Part shown: one piece after another, positions 38,691-52,020 of the stretch | Layout: each line of letters begins with the position of its first letter | Position numbering within the stretch: the stretch's first letter is position 1 | Assembly: GCF_001194135.2 (NCBI RefSeq) | Contig: NC_068982.1 | Coordinates: 162,907,316 to 162,963,830, forward strand | Direction: 5' to 3' | Source: Octopus bimaculoides | Taxonomy: Eukaryota | Length of the DNA stretch: 56,515 nucleotides | Program-made: the position numbers and the translations under genes | Notes under the pieces: model-generated | Database searches by the model: none | Told to the model about the DNA's origin: nothing | The model's input: only the letters and a program-made list of their open reading frames with translations

Positions 38691-40259
38691 TTGGTATAAC
38701 ATTCATTTGAAGTTCAGTCTAATTTGGAGAATCAAAACTCGAGTGGCAAACATCATTGGTATCCAAATTTATTTTAGAGTTAGTATTTTCTAATTGATGG
38801 TAGTAAACAAATCTTTTAAAACAAACTACTTTAGTAGAAAGTAATGCCAAGTTGCTTTTAGAAAGTATACTTTTGAAATTAATTTTATACAGTCCATTTT
38901 AAATGCTGTTCTGTTTAAGAATACTGGAATTCTTCATATTAAATCATGCTTTATTTATTTTGCTTGAAATTTTAAATCAGTATTGAATAGAAATGTTTTG
39001 AAGCACAGTGTCTAAGTAATTCAGTAGCTAGACTTCTGATTTAATGAACTTCTTCATGCATATAAAATAGTTACAGCATTGAATTGGATAGGTCTGAGTC
39101 ACCATTTTAAGGACCTGATCCTGTCATCCAAAGTCTTATTAGTAATATACTTACTACTTTTGACAGTAATGGTTTTTTCATATAAATTTGTATTTCTAAA
39201 AGGACAAGTAGGAAAGTAAGTTTGAATATTTTTTTAAAGTATACTTTAGTCAATATGTGCCTTTCTGACTTTTTATCTGAACAACCGGGACTATTGCTTG
39301 CAGTAATTCTAGTTGTCCCTGTATACAGTTGTTACAAAATTTATATCTCACCTACTTATTAGGTTTTCTTTTTTCTTTTATTGATACCAGAGATGTTGAA
39401 CTGTAGTTGGAGACTCAGTTGGAAAAATTAGGTTACTAGAGTCAGTACCAACCGTGTGTGATTCCATAGATTCTAAGATTTGACTTGTTTTTTGCACTGA
39501 AAATAGTGTAAATCGTTCTGTAACATTCACTTCAGTTTTGTATTCAATCCTTTAAATCTTGAAAACTGAGTTTCTTCTAAAATGATGTGTAAGTTACTTT
39601 AGGTGTTCAGTCTTTTAGTTTTAATGCATTGGGTTTTTGAACTGGTAGTGAATTTTTATAGCTTATTTCTTAATTACAAACATGTCAAACTTAATTTTGG
39701 TGGTCCATAAATTCAGTTGGTTTTGATATGTAGTTTTCTTCATGATTGGGGTTTTAAATTCATATAACAAATCTATCAGACCCTGTTGAGCATTTTTGCC
39801 TGCACCTATATGGTTTCTTGCATTTCAAGAATGTCTACTTTTGCCACAAAAGCAAGCTATAGAGTGATTCACCACAATTTTCATGTTGTTGCTTAGTTTT
39901 CAGCTGTTTGTGTAGAAGAGACAATGCAGCTTGTTTATGAAGTTTTGGTTTGATCTTGTCTTGGTCTGGTCAAAGCTTATCGAAATCACAGTGTGTGTAG
40001 GTTGTGACTCTTAAACCTGAGATGCATGCCAATCTATTGGATTCTACAGTTGGCAAATGAAAGTCACTTGTATGAAATGTCATTAGGTTTTTATCTCTTT
40101 TGAACATGTAAAGAATTTTTACTAAAGCCATAAACAAAACCTAATGATTTTGTAATCATTTTGTACTTTTGGTAATCTTTCCACTTGTGTAATAGCCGGC
40201 CTTACCACCAATTGGTAGCAAATCATCCATCATGGTCATTGTTAATACACTTTTTGTCT

Positions 40260-40400
40260 AATTTCTGTCTTACCAGTTTCTCTCACAAGGCATTGTAAGT
40301 TCAAGGCTATAGTGGAAAACACTTGCCCACTGTACTGTGCAGTGGCATGGAACTCAAAACCACATCGTTATGAAGTGAATTTTTTCACTGTGTAGCCATG
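40260..40400 (-). mobile_element. Degenerate SINE head
   Basis: ctatagtggaaaacacttgccc...gtggcatggaactc is the reverse complement of the family head. Confidence 0.65.
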
Positions 40401-41424
40401 CCTAGAACTTGCAGACCTGCACAATAAGGTTCAACATTGGAAAACTGACTAAACTGAATAATTTGTAGGTTATCTTATTTATTCACTTCCAATCAGCATA
40501 ACAATTTTTATTCAAGAATATATACTGATGAATGCACTCGCGTGTTATTTCTATTAAAATACACAAAGCCCTAGTATGGCCACAGCCTCTGACTGGAACC
40601 TGTAAAAGTAGCCTGTATGTTTTAATTTATTTAAAATTAATCAAGAATTTGGAGGACTTCTAATGTTGTAAGGTTTAGGTTAGATTTATATTGCAACACT
40701 TGATTGAATACAGGACTAGGACAATTTTGTGTGATAAAACCAGGGGTGGTATAAAAAGTGTAATATATTGTATAGTTGAATGTTTTGAGTTATATATTAC
40801 ATGTCAGCTGTATTAGAAATAATTACAGATGGTAGAATGAAAAGATTTTCATAAAATTGATTTCAAATTTGGCACAAGGCCAGCAATTTTGGGGGAGTGG
40901 TTAAGTTGATTACTTCAACCCTGGAGGGATGAAAGGCAAAATCAGTGTCTGTGAAATTTGAACTCTCAATGTAATGATGGATGAAATGCCACTATGCATT
41001 TTGCCTGGCATGCAGATAATTCTGCCTTTAAAGATTTTAGTAATGTTAAAATTGCTCCTCAGTAGTGACCTTGAGGATGTATCTCTATGTGTCCACCTTT
41101 GGGACAGTTGTGTGGGTGTGTCTGCTGTTGAGAGGTGTCGCCCACCCCCTGCTTTGGGATGTGTGTATGTCTAAGATGTAAATATATAAGAAAGTGACTG
41201 CTTTTGAAAGCAACATTCTCTTTATATTTTTCAAATAGCATTCTAATCTCCTTTGTTTTCTTCGTTTTAACATCTACTTTGCATGGGTTGAACAGAATTT
41301 TTATTGTAGCAGATGTTCTACAGCTGGATACCTTTTTTGTCTCTAACCATCACTTGTTTTCAAGCAAGGTAGTATTTCTCCATAGCTAGACATGTTCCTG
41401 CAGAATTGGAAATGAATGACAGTT

Positions 41425-41620
41425 TTACTCCTTTACTATCATGCTATGTCAGGACAAGGAGACTCACTACAGGCTTCATTCAATTTTTGTCTACCAAATT
41501 CAATCAGGGTTTTGGGCTATAGTAGAAAACACTTTCCCAAAGTGTTGCACAGTGGGAGTGAACTCAAAATCTTGTGGTTGAGAAGCAGCAAACTTCTAAG
41601 CTGCAGAGCTGCAGCTGCAC
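41425..41620 (-). mobile_element. Degenerate SINE head
   Basis: ctatagtagaaaacactttcccaa...gtgggagtgaactc. Confidence 0.65.
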
Positions 41621-42291
41621 CTATTTTATTGCTGTAAAATGGAGGACTTTATAAATATACTTTAGTCATTTCAAGATAAGTTATATTTTAAATCATTATA
41701 TAAAGAAATGTTGAAGTTGTGATTTTTTTTTTTTTTTTTTTTTTTTTCAAAATACATTTTGGATATAAAATAAATGTTTACAAATTATCATTCACATGCT
41801 GATATCTACCAACAGAAAATGTTTGTTAATGTAATTTGATGACAACTTTAAGATATATAGGTTATGTTTCTCTATTTTACACATATTTTCTTGAAATTGT
41901 TTACATTTACATATTTAAGGAAGGTAGATTTTGAAATTGCTTCTATTCAATTACTTTGTAGTTTTTATCTGTGTGTATGTATTTGTTTATGGTATTCTAA
42001 TTAAAATTTGAATTGGGTTTATTTTGTAAATTATTTGTAACAAAGATTGTATTGATGAATCTTACTTTATTCTTATTTTCATGAGCATCTTTGCAGTTAA
42101 ATATTAAAGCTATTTGAAGATGAGCTTCCCACTCTTTGGAGTTCTCATGATAGTTTTAAGGACATTAATACTGCAATGTCTGCCTAATCACAATAAACTT
42201 GAGTTCTATTAAGTTACAGATGATGTAAAATATAGTCCATACTAGATATGTTTTTGAAATGCTATTATAATTGCTTATTCTTCCTTTTCAG

Positions 42292-42349
42292 AAAAGCTAA
42301 CAACATGCAAAGCCCAAACAGGCAGTCGAGTAACAGTGATTACAACTCG
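42292..42349 (+). CDS. Probable 58-nt exon of an unidentified gene; likely frame (KANN)MQSPNRQSSNSDYNS
   Basis: ttccttttcag|AAAAG acceptor and TCG|gtaagt donor; ATG at 42305 gives 15 codons ending in phase 0. A second frame is also open. No protein recognised. Confidence 0.55.
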
Positions 42350-42516
42350 GTAAGTGATTCAGTTCCTTTCCTATAATCATAACATAGTAATTAAGAATGG
42401 AATATTCAGAAGTTACCAGGGTTTCTTTCTTTCTTTTTTATTATTATTATTATTATTATTATAACCTTCCAAAATTTTCATTTCCATATCTTGAATCTGT
42501 AGGCATTTCTATTTAA

Positions 42517-42737
42517 CCCTTTAGTGTTCGCATTATTCTGTCAAAATTAATGCTTTTTTATTCGCATTGTTTTGAACTAATCATGCATTATCTTGTAGCT
42601 ATGACATTTTGATGAGGTAGCTGTTAATTTTTAAAATGATATTGTGGATTTGGTGTGAGAGACCAGATCCAGCCAGTTTGAACATAAAACTGGCAGAATA
42701 CTTTTGGCCGGATATGGCCGGTTTAAATGCTAAATGG
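42517..42737 (+). mobile_element. piggyBac-like TTAA MITE
   Basis: ttaa|CCCTTTAG ... CTAAATGG|ttaa. Confidence 0.8.
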
Positions 42738-44024
42738 TTAAATGAAGGTTTATTACAGTTAACTTAGTTTCAAAAGAAAAAGTTCCACAACTGTCATTTG
42801 TGGACTTTATAGACGAAAAAGACAAAGTTTAAAAACAATTGGGTAACAAGATGACTTTTGCCTTTCTTTTTTAAAACTTACTTATTGGCTGATGTTAAAC
42901 ATTAATCAGTCCCATTATTTAAGCATAATTTGTGAGTGCGCAATCTAGCATTCTATCTCACTCACTCATAGCTAGACATTTACACTATGTAGGTATGCAA
43001 TAGAATTGAAGTTGTGATATTTATGCTTTTGTGACAATTAGTAAAATATATGAGATGATCTGTGGAAATCAAGTATTGATTTGCTAAGAACTTTGAACAT
43101 CTGTGTGTTGTGAAATATTAAAGTTGTGTTAGATTATAATCAACAGTTTTGACTATAATGTTTCTTAACATTTGATTTCCAGTTATCATGGAAAGTAATT
43201 TATCTATGGAAAAAATTTTAGTATTGTGAAGATTTACATGATGATGCGTATGTATGAATATAGTTAGAGCTTTTGTAAAATTGGACTGATTAAATTGAGT
43301 CACAATGTATACACTAGTTATTTGAACAGAAAATCAAAGGTAAAGTATGTCATTCTAGCAAGTGGTTATGGTCCTGGTTTTGATCCTACTATAGGTGTCT
43401 TATATTAGTTTCATGTTATTAAAGTCTTTGGTAGTGATAGTGAGTGAAGAAAAGTTGTGAAGTCCATTGATGAATTATATTTGTAATTCTGATGGCTAAC
43501 ATTGTCACATGCCGTATCATTGATATTATTTAAAAATATTAAGGGCATAGGTCTCTGTAGATTATTTGGCAAATACCAGCATAATTTAGTAGAATGTTAA
43601 TTTAATCAAACTGAAATAGTCATTGTCAAAACCTAGTGGAGATTAGTTTAACTTTGTGTGTGTGCGTGCATAATGTATATATACAAATAAAATGTGTGTG
43701 TGTAAGTTAGTATCTCCTTGTCTTGATATTGTGTAATTATAGTTGATGCATGTCACCATTATACAATTAGTGTCAATTTACATTCTTTCATGAAGACATG
43801 TTCAGCTACGAGGAAATATTACCTTACTTAAATCAGGTAGGTCATTTATGCATAAAAACAAACTGCCCCCATATATTTCCTTTGGATCCATACCAGCATA
43901 TAAAAGGTAACATTAAATAGAGGTTAATGTGCATGTATATGCATGTGGGTGTATATATTTTTAGATACAAGTGTTTCTAGGTATGTATGCCCGTGTGTAT
44001 TTGTATGTATACATATATGGATGT

Positions 44025-44135
44025 GTGATTATGAAGTTTACTTCATGGTTTTCTATTCAGTCACACTGTGAAACACCTTGGGCAAGTGTTTTCTGCTATA
44101 GTATTGTACTGGCAGAAGCTAAAACAAATCTATTG
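44025..44135 (+). mobile_element. Degenerate SINE head
   Basis: attcagtcacactgtgaaacaccttgggcaagtgttttctgctatag. Confidence 0.6.
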
Positions 44136-45057
44136 TATAAGTGTAGGTGTGTTTGTTAGGTCTAGGTGCACATATGTATATTTCTGTCTGTATGCATGTT
44201 TATATGGATGATGGATATATATGTTCTTGTATATGTGTATTTGCTTTCGAGTGTATGTATGCATATATAAATGGTAGATGTGTGCACCGCCATACATGTG
44301 AATATGTATATAAATATCTATACGAGTATATATGTCTCAACATTTAACGTCTGTCTTTCATGCTGGCATAGGTTGGACAGTTTGACAGAGGCTGGCAAAG
44401 CTCGGAGCCAATGAGAATGATATCATGTCATCATCATTTAATATCCATCTTCTATGCTGACATGGGCTGGATGGTTTAACAAGAGCTGCTTCAGCATGGT
44501 TTCTATGGCTGGATGCCTTTCCCAACAACCACTTTACTGAGTACTGGGTGATTTTTATATGGCACTAACACTAATGAGATTGTTGAGTAATTTGCAAGAT
44601 GAAGACCTCTTAGCTAGGAGAGGGAGTGGAACTGAGGGAAATGGCTTTGTGCCACCTGAGAGGTTACAGTATAATAGAGGGATAGAGGTAGGTGGCTTAC
44701 TACAGAGGACATACTTGGCTACTCCAGTTGGAAAAGAAAGGAGAGAGACAATTAACTGTATATACATGCATGTTTATGTGTGTATGTATTTATCTATATA
44801 TATATATATATATATGTATGGCCTGGTGCTGCCTTCTGGCTTGCCAGGCCTCAGTCAAACTGTCCAACCTAGACCAGAATGTAAAGTGGATGTTAAACGA
44901 CGACAATGATGTATGTTTGTATATNNNNNNNNNNNNNNNNNNNNNNNNNNNNNNNNNNNNNNNNNNNNNNNNNNNNNNNNNNNNNNNNNNNNNNNNNNNN
45001 NNNNNNNNNNNNNNNNNNNNNNNNNNNNNNNNNNNNNNNNNNNNNNNNNNNNNNNNN

Positions 45058-45090
<33 letters not shown>

Positions 45091-45194
45091 ACATATTTGT
45101 ATTTACATGTATAGATCTATCTATGTATATGTGTGATATATCTATAGACATATGCATGTATATATCTGTATATATGTGTGTGTATGTATATATC

Positions 45195-47110
45195 ATCATA
45201 TGTCCGCTTTCCATGCTGGCATGGGTTGGACGGTTTGACTGAGGACTGGTAGGCTAGAGGGCTGCACCAGGCTCAGTCTGATCTGGCAAAGTTTCTACAG
45301 CTGGATGCCCTATCTAATGCCAACCACTCTGAAAGTGTAGTGGGGGCTTTTACATGCCACCGGCATGAGGGCCAGTCAGGCGCTTCTGACAGCAACAACG
45401 CTCAAAAGGTGTTTTTTATGTGCTAACTGCATGGGCGGCAGTCCAGCTGCGCTGTCTACAACCATGTTGTTTCTCATGTACTGGTAAGGTGACGCTGGCA
45501 ACGATCACCATGAAGTGGTGCTCTTTATGCGCCACCGGCACGGGAGCCAATACATGACCCTGGAAACACTCTTGCTCAGATGTGCTTTGCTTTTAACGTT
45601 CCACTGACACAGGTGCCAATCAGGCTGTGCTATCATCAGCCACATCAGCGATTTTGATTTGATTTCACTTGCCTCGATAGGTCTTTGCAATCAAAGTTTA
45701 TTGTCCAATGAATGAGGGGTATTAATAAGTGCGCTAGTTACACCCACTGGCATGGGCCACAGGCTATGGTCTCACTTGGATTGTCGGGTCTTCTCAATTA
45801 CAGCATATCTCTAAAGGTCTCGGTCACTAGTCATTGCCTTGGTAAGGACCAATGTTCGAAGGTTGTGCTTCACCACCTCATCCCAGGTCTTCCTGGGTCT
45901 ACCTCTTCCACAGGTTCCCTCAACTGCTAGGGTGTGACACTTTCTCACACAGCTGTCCTCATTCATTTGCAACAGATGACGATACCAGCGCAGTCGTCTC
46001 TCCTGCACACCACATCTCATGCTTCTAAAATCCAACTTTTCTCTCAGGATACTTACACTCTATCGTGTATGCACACTGACTTAACACATCCAGTGGAGCG
46101 TCCTGGCTTCATTCCTTGCTAGCTTGCGCATGTCCTCAGCAGTCACGGTGCATGTTTCACTGCCATGTAGCATAACTGTTTGTGCACAAGCGTCATACAG
46201 TCTAACTTTTACTCTGAGCGAGAGGCCCTTTGTCACCAGCAGAGGTAGGTGATCTCTGAACTTTGTCCAGGCCATTCTTATTCTAGCAGTTGCACTGGAA
46301 TGTGACAAGCTGCTCTCTGCACATTTTTAGTGTTTAGAGCACCTGAGCATTTGCCACATACAAAAACTGTCTTCCAAGTTAGGCTTCCTTTGGTATTCCT
46401 GCACCTCTTATGTGTCTATAGCTTATGCTAGGTACATCTTAAGGAGTTTCTACCTACTCCTTTTCTACAGATCGAGCAGGGCCATCTACCTGAAGGGATT
46501 TGTGATTTGTCTGCCTTCCTACTTATTAAGACTTCAGTTTTGGCTAGGCTGACTCTAAGGTCCTTGGATTCTAATCCTTGCTTCCACACCTGAAACTTTT
46601 CCTCTGGTTCTGATAGTGACTCAGCAATTAGAACAAAGTCATCGGCATTGAGGAGCTCCCAGGGGTATCCTGTCTTGAATTCCTCTGTTATTGCCTGGAG
46701 GACTATGATGAATAAGAGGGGGCTGAGGACTGATCCTTGGTGGATCCCTACCCGGAATTCTTCAGTGTACTCGTTGCCAACCCTCACCTCAATGACAGCA
46801 TTCCTCTACATGGCTCGCACAGCTCTCACTAACCATTCAACTATCCCTAGTTTCCTGATTGGCCAACAGATGAGAGATCGGGGGACCCTGTCAAAGGCTT
46901 TCTCCATGTTAACAAAAGCCAGGTACAGAAGTTTATCTTTGGCTAGGCATTTCTCTTGCAGCTGTCTTACCAGTAATATAGCATCAGTGCTGCTTTTCCC
47001 TGGCACGAACCCAAACCACATCTCACTTAGACTGACTTTCCGTAATTAGTTGGGCTATGACCTCTGTGACCTTCATTTCCTGATCCAATAACTTGATACC
47101 TCTGTAATTA
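45195..47110 (-). mobile_element. Longest RTE LINE remnant (RT core to 3' tail) with stops and deletions
   Basis: GFVPGKSSTDAI, KAFDRVP, HQGSVLSPLLF, ADDFVLIA, Cys/His insert, QERRLRWY, then the 3' UTR. Confidence 0.92.
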
Positions 47111-47204
47111 TTTGTATTGAACTTTGTTGTCTTTACTATTGTAGCAGTTGACTATGGTGCTATATGTATGTATGTATGTATATATGTGTGTGTGTATATA
47201 TGTA

Positions 47205-47772
47205 TCATCGTCGTTTAACGTCCTCTTTCCATGCTGGCATGTTTTGGATGGTTTGACTGAGGACTGGCATTCCAAAATGCTGTGCCTAGCTCCAGTCTCA
47301 TCTGGCAAAGTTTCTACAGCTGGATGCCCTTCCTAACGCCAGCTACTCAGCGGGTGTAGTGGATGCTTTTACGTGCCGCTGGCACGAGGGCCAGTCAGAT
47401 GATACTGGCAACGACCATGCTCAAAATGTGCACACCACATGTGATGCTTCTTAAGTCAAACTTTTCTCTCAGGGCACTTGCATTATGTCGTGTATGCACA
47501 CTGACATTACACATCCAGCGGAGCATACTTGCTTCATTCCTTGCAGGCATACGCATGTCCTCAGCAGTTATGGCCCATATTTCACTGCCATGTGGCGTGG
47601 CTGTTTCAAACACATGCGTCATACAGTCTTTTACATTGAGCGAAAGGCATTTTGCCACCAAAGGAGATGGGAGTTCTCTGAAATTGGCCCAAGCTATTCT
47701 TATTCTAGCAGCTATACCTGCAGAGCATCCACCACCGCTCATGATTTGGTCACCTAGGTAACGGAAGGTATC
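47205..47772 (-). mobile_element. RTE LINE C-terminal fragment fused by deletion to the 3' tail
   Basis: SGGGCSAGIAARIRIAW...; both ends abut TA/TG/TC microsatellites. Confidence 0.88.
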
Positions 47773-47792
47773 AATGTGTGTGTGTGTATGTA

Positions 47793-47877
<85 letters not shown>

Positions 47878-48278
47878 NNNNNNNNNNNNNNNNNNNNNNN
47901 NNNNNNNNNNNNNNNNNNNNNNNNNNNNNNNNNNNNNNNNNNNNNNNNNNNNNNNNNNNNNNNNNNNNNNNNNNNNNNNNNNNNNNNNNNNNNNNNNNNN
48001 NNNNNNNNNNNNNNNNNNNNNNNNNNNNNNNNNNNNNNNNNNNNNNNNNNNNNNNNNNNNNNNNNNNNNNNNNNNNNNNNNNNNNNNNNNNNNNNNNNNN
48101 NNNNNNNNNNNNNNNNNNNNNNNNNNNNNNNNNNNNNNNNNNNNNNNNNNNNNNNNNNNNNNNNNNNNNNNNNNNNNNNNNNNNNNNNNNNNNNNNNNNN
48201 NNNNNNNNNNNNNNNNNNNNNNNNNNNNNNNNNNNNNNNNNNNNNNNNNNNNNNNNNNNNNNNNNNNNNNNNNNNNNN

Positions 48279-48329
<51 letters not shown>

Positions 48330-49946
48330 ATATATATATATATATATATGTGTATACAGATATATCTATATATATGTGTGTGTGTGTGTATATATATGTA
48401 TATACATATATTTATATATGTATATACACACACACACACACACATATATATAAAGATTCAATAATAGGACAAATTCTTTTACAAGAATTTATCAAGTAGC
48501 TAGCTTGAAAAAAAACCTCATAAGGGAAAAAATCCATCATTTATTCCTGAAATATATATTTATATTTATATAAGGGCATTACTATATAATAACGTCTCAC
48601 GCCATGAGAGACTCTAAGGTCAGACTACTATAAAAAGCACATTTTTACCGAATGCGAGGAAATGCAACTCTCAAAGCCAACCCCTTAAAAACGAACTAAA
48701 TTATAGATCATGATTTCGTAGTTATTGTAGTATTATACAACTTCTACTCGTCAGTATAATATGGTCCAGAAAAATAGAAATAAACAGTGAATCAACATAC
48801 CAAACGAACACCATGTATCCAGCATAGCATATAGACGACTGTTCGTCGCTATTTCCCTATGTAAGTGGCGGGAATTTCTAATTGCATCTCGGTAAATATG
48901 NNNNNNNNNNNNNNNNNNNNNNNNNNNNNNNNNNNNNNNNNNNNNNNNNNNNNNNNNNNNNNNNNNNNNNNNNNNNNNNNNNNNNNNNNNNNNNNNNNNN
49001 NNNNNNNNNNNNNNNNNNNNNNNNNNNNNNNNNNNNNNNNNNNNNNNNNNNNNNNNNNNNNNNNNNNNNNNNNNNNNNNNNNNNNNNNNNNNNNNNNNNN
49101 NNNNNNNNNNNNNNNNNNNNNNNNNNNNNNNNNNNNNNNNNNNNNNNNNNNNNNNNNNNNNNNNNNNNNNNNNNNNNNNNNNNNNNNNNNNNNNNNNNNN
49201 NNNNNNNNNNNNNNNNNNNNNNNNNNNNNNNNNNNNNNNNNNNNNNNNNNNNNNNNNNNNNNNNNNNNNNNNNNNNNNNNNNNNNNNNNNNNNNNNNNNN
49301 NNNNNNNNNNNNNNNNNNNNNNNNNNNNNNNNNNNNNNNNNNNNNNNNNNNNNNNNNNNNNNNNNNNNNNNNNNNNNNNNNNNNNNNNNNNNNNNNNNNN
49401 NNNNNNNNNNNNNNNNNNNNNNNNNNNNNNNNNNNNNNNNNNNNNNNNNNNNNNNNNNNNNNNNNNNNNNNNNNNNNNNNNNNNNNNNNNNNNNNNNNNN
49501 NNNNNNNNNNNNNNNNNNNNNNNNNNNNNNNNNNNNNNNNNNNNNNNNNNNNNNNNNNNNNNNNNNNNNNNNNNNNNNNNNNNNNNNNNNNNNNNNNNNN
49601 NNNNNNNNNNNNNNNNNNNNNNNNNNNNNNNNNNNNNNNNNNNNNNNNNNNNNNNNNNNNNNNNNNNNNNNNNNNNNNNNNNNNNNNNNNNNNNNNNNNN
49701 NNNNNNNNNNNNNNNNNNNNNNNNNNNNNNNNNNNNNNNNNNNNNNNNNNNNNNNNNNNNNNNNNNNNNNNNNNNNNNNNNNNNNNNNNNNNNNNNNNNN
49801 NNNNNNNNNNNNNNNNNNNNNNNNNNNTACACTATTTTATATAGAGACTTTTTATTGACTTTTTATAAATGCTAGGCAACTGGTAGTGAAATTTCTAAAA
49901 AAAAAAAAAAAACTCAGTGCCCTATGTTTTACATATATATGTGTTG

Positions 49947-50235
49947 CCCGCGGCATGTGTAAGGACTTTCGAGCGAGATTGTTGCCAGTGCCCCTGGATT
50001 GGCTCTTGTGCGGTTGGCACATAAAATACACCATTTTGAGCGTGGCCGATGGCACATAAAAGCACCCCCTACACTCTCTGAGTGGTTGGCGTTAGGAAGG
50101 GCATCCAGCTGTAGAAACTCTGCCAAATCAGATTGGAGCCTGGTGTAGCCATCTGGTTTCGCCAGTCCTCAGTCAAATAGTCCAACCTATGCTTGCATGG
50201 AAAGCGGACGTTAAACGACGATGATGATGATGATG
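49947..50235 (+). mobile_element. RTE LINE 3' UTR copy
   Basis: Same module plus terminal sequence and (GAT)n. Confidence 0.88.
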
Positions 50236-50529
50236 TATATATGTGTAGACATATATGTATTTATAACTATATATATATGTTGAGGATTAAAAGGTTACAT
50301 GCATCACAGAACTCCAGTAGCCTAGTTCCTTCATCGTTCCAGGAACCAATGCCATGGCCCCCGTACAAGTCTAATCTGGAACTCGACTGGCAAAAGAGAA
50401 CTCTGAATTGCCTGTCCGGATGTTTTCTTGTATAATGTCTGCATGTTTTGCCTTCTTTTCCCATTTTTTAATATATATGTATATGTATGTATGTATAAAT
50501 GTGTACATATATGTATGTATAAATGTATG

Positions 50530-50563
<34 letters not shown>

Positions 50564-50711
50564 NNNNNNNNNNNNNNNNNNNNNNNNNNNNNNNNNNNNN
50601 NNNNNNNNNNNNNNNNNNNNNNNNNNNNNNNNNNNNNNNNNNNNNNNNNNNNNNNNNNNNNNNATATATATATATATATATACACATATATATATATATA
50701 TACACATATAT

Positions 50712-52020
50712 AGTCTGCCTAATGTCGACTTAACAGAGGGACCAGCTAGTCTAATTGACGGTACCTTGGTAGATAAAGTAATCAAGAGTATGAAGACAGG
50801 GAAAGCCCCTGGCCCATCAGGAATCACTGCAGAGATGCTCAAAATCTCTGGTAGTGTCGGCTATAGCTTAGTCACCTGTGTAGTTAACCAGGTGATACAC
50901 GAAGGGGTCATACCCAATGACTGGTATAGCAGCACCATAGTCAACTGCTACAAAGGTAAAGGTGACGCTTAAGACACAAACATACAGAGATATCAAGTTG
51001 TTGGACCAGGTAATGAACATCACAGAGAGGGTCATAGCCCAACTAGTTAGGGAGTGAGTCAGCTTAGATGAGATTCAGTTTGGATTTGTGCCAGGGAAAG
51101 GCACCACTGATGCTATATTTCTGGAAAGACAGCTGCAAGAGATATCTAGCCAAAGATAAACATCTATACCTGGCTTTCGTTGACATGGAGAAAGCCTTTC
51201 ACAGGGTCCCCCGATCCCTTATCTGGTGGTCAATGAGGAAACTAGGGATAGATGAATGGTTAGTGAGAGCTGTGCAAGCCATGTACAGGGATGCTGTTGG
51301 CAGTGAGTACAGTGAAGAATTCCAGGTAGAGGTAGGGGTCCACCAAGTTTCAGTCCTCAGCCTCCTCCTATTTATCATAGTCCTCCAGGCAATAACACAG
51401 GAATTCAAGACAGGATGCCTCTGGGAGCTCCTCTGTGCTGATGATTTTGCTCTAATTGCTGAGTCACTATCAGAACTAGAGAAGTTTCAGGTGTTGAAGT
51501 AAAGATTAGAATCCAAGGGCCTTAGAGTCAACCTAGCTAAAACCAAAGTCCTAATAAGTAGAAAGGTAAACAAATCACAGGCCCCTTCAGGTAGATGGCT
51601 CGATCTGTAGAAAAGGCATAGGTAGAAACTCTAAGATGTACCTAGGGTTAGCTATGGACATATAAGAGGTGCAGCAATATCAAAGGAAGGCTAACTAGCC
51701 AGATAGTTTTTGTATGTGGCAGATGCTCAGGAGCAATAAACACTGAAAATGTGCAGAGAACATCTGCCACATTTTAAGGAGAAAAACTAGAAGTAATTGC
51801 TAGCTTCCATTACCTAGGTGATCAAGTCAGTAGCTGGGGAGGGTGTGCTGAAAGTGTAGCTGCTAGAATAAGAATAGCCTGGGCAAAGTTCAGAGAGCTC
51901 TTACCGCTGCTGGTGACAAAGGCCTCTCGCTCAGATGGTGTAGCCATCTGCTTCGCCAGTCCCCAGTCAAATCGTCCAACCCATGCTAGGACGGAAAGCG
52001 GGCGTAAAATGATGATGATG
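50712..52020 (+). mobile_element. RTE LINE RT fragment fused by deletion to the 3' tail
   Basis: KTGKAPGPSGI, AFVDMEKAF, HQVSVLSLLLF, ADDFALIA, HKRC-type insert, YLGDQVSS. Confidence 0.92.

Noticed and set aside
50270-50972. Second possible twin-priming inversion (minus endonuclease piece next to plus RT piece)
   Set aside because: The endonuclease piece is short and more diverged, the breakpoints are not adjacent in element coordinates, and a gap intervenes.
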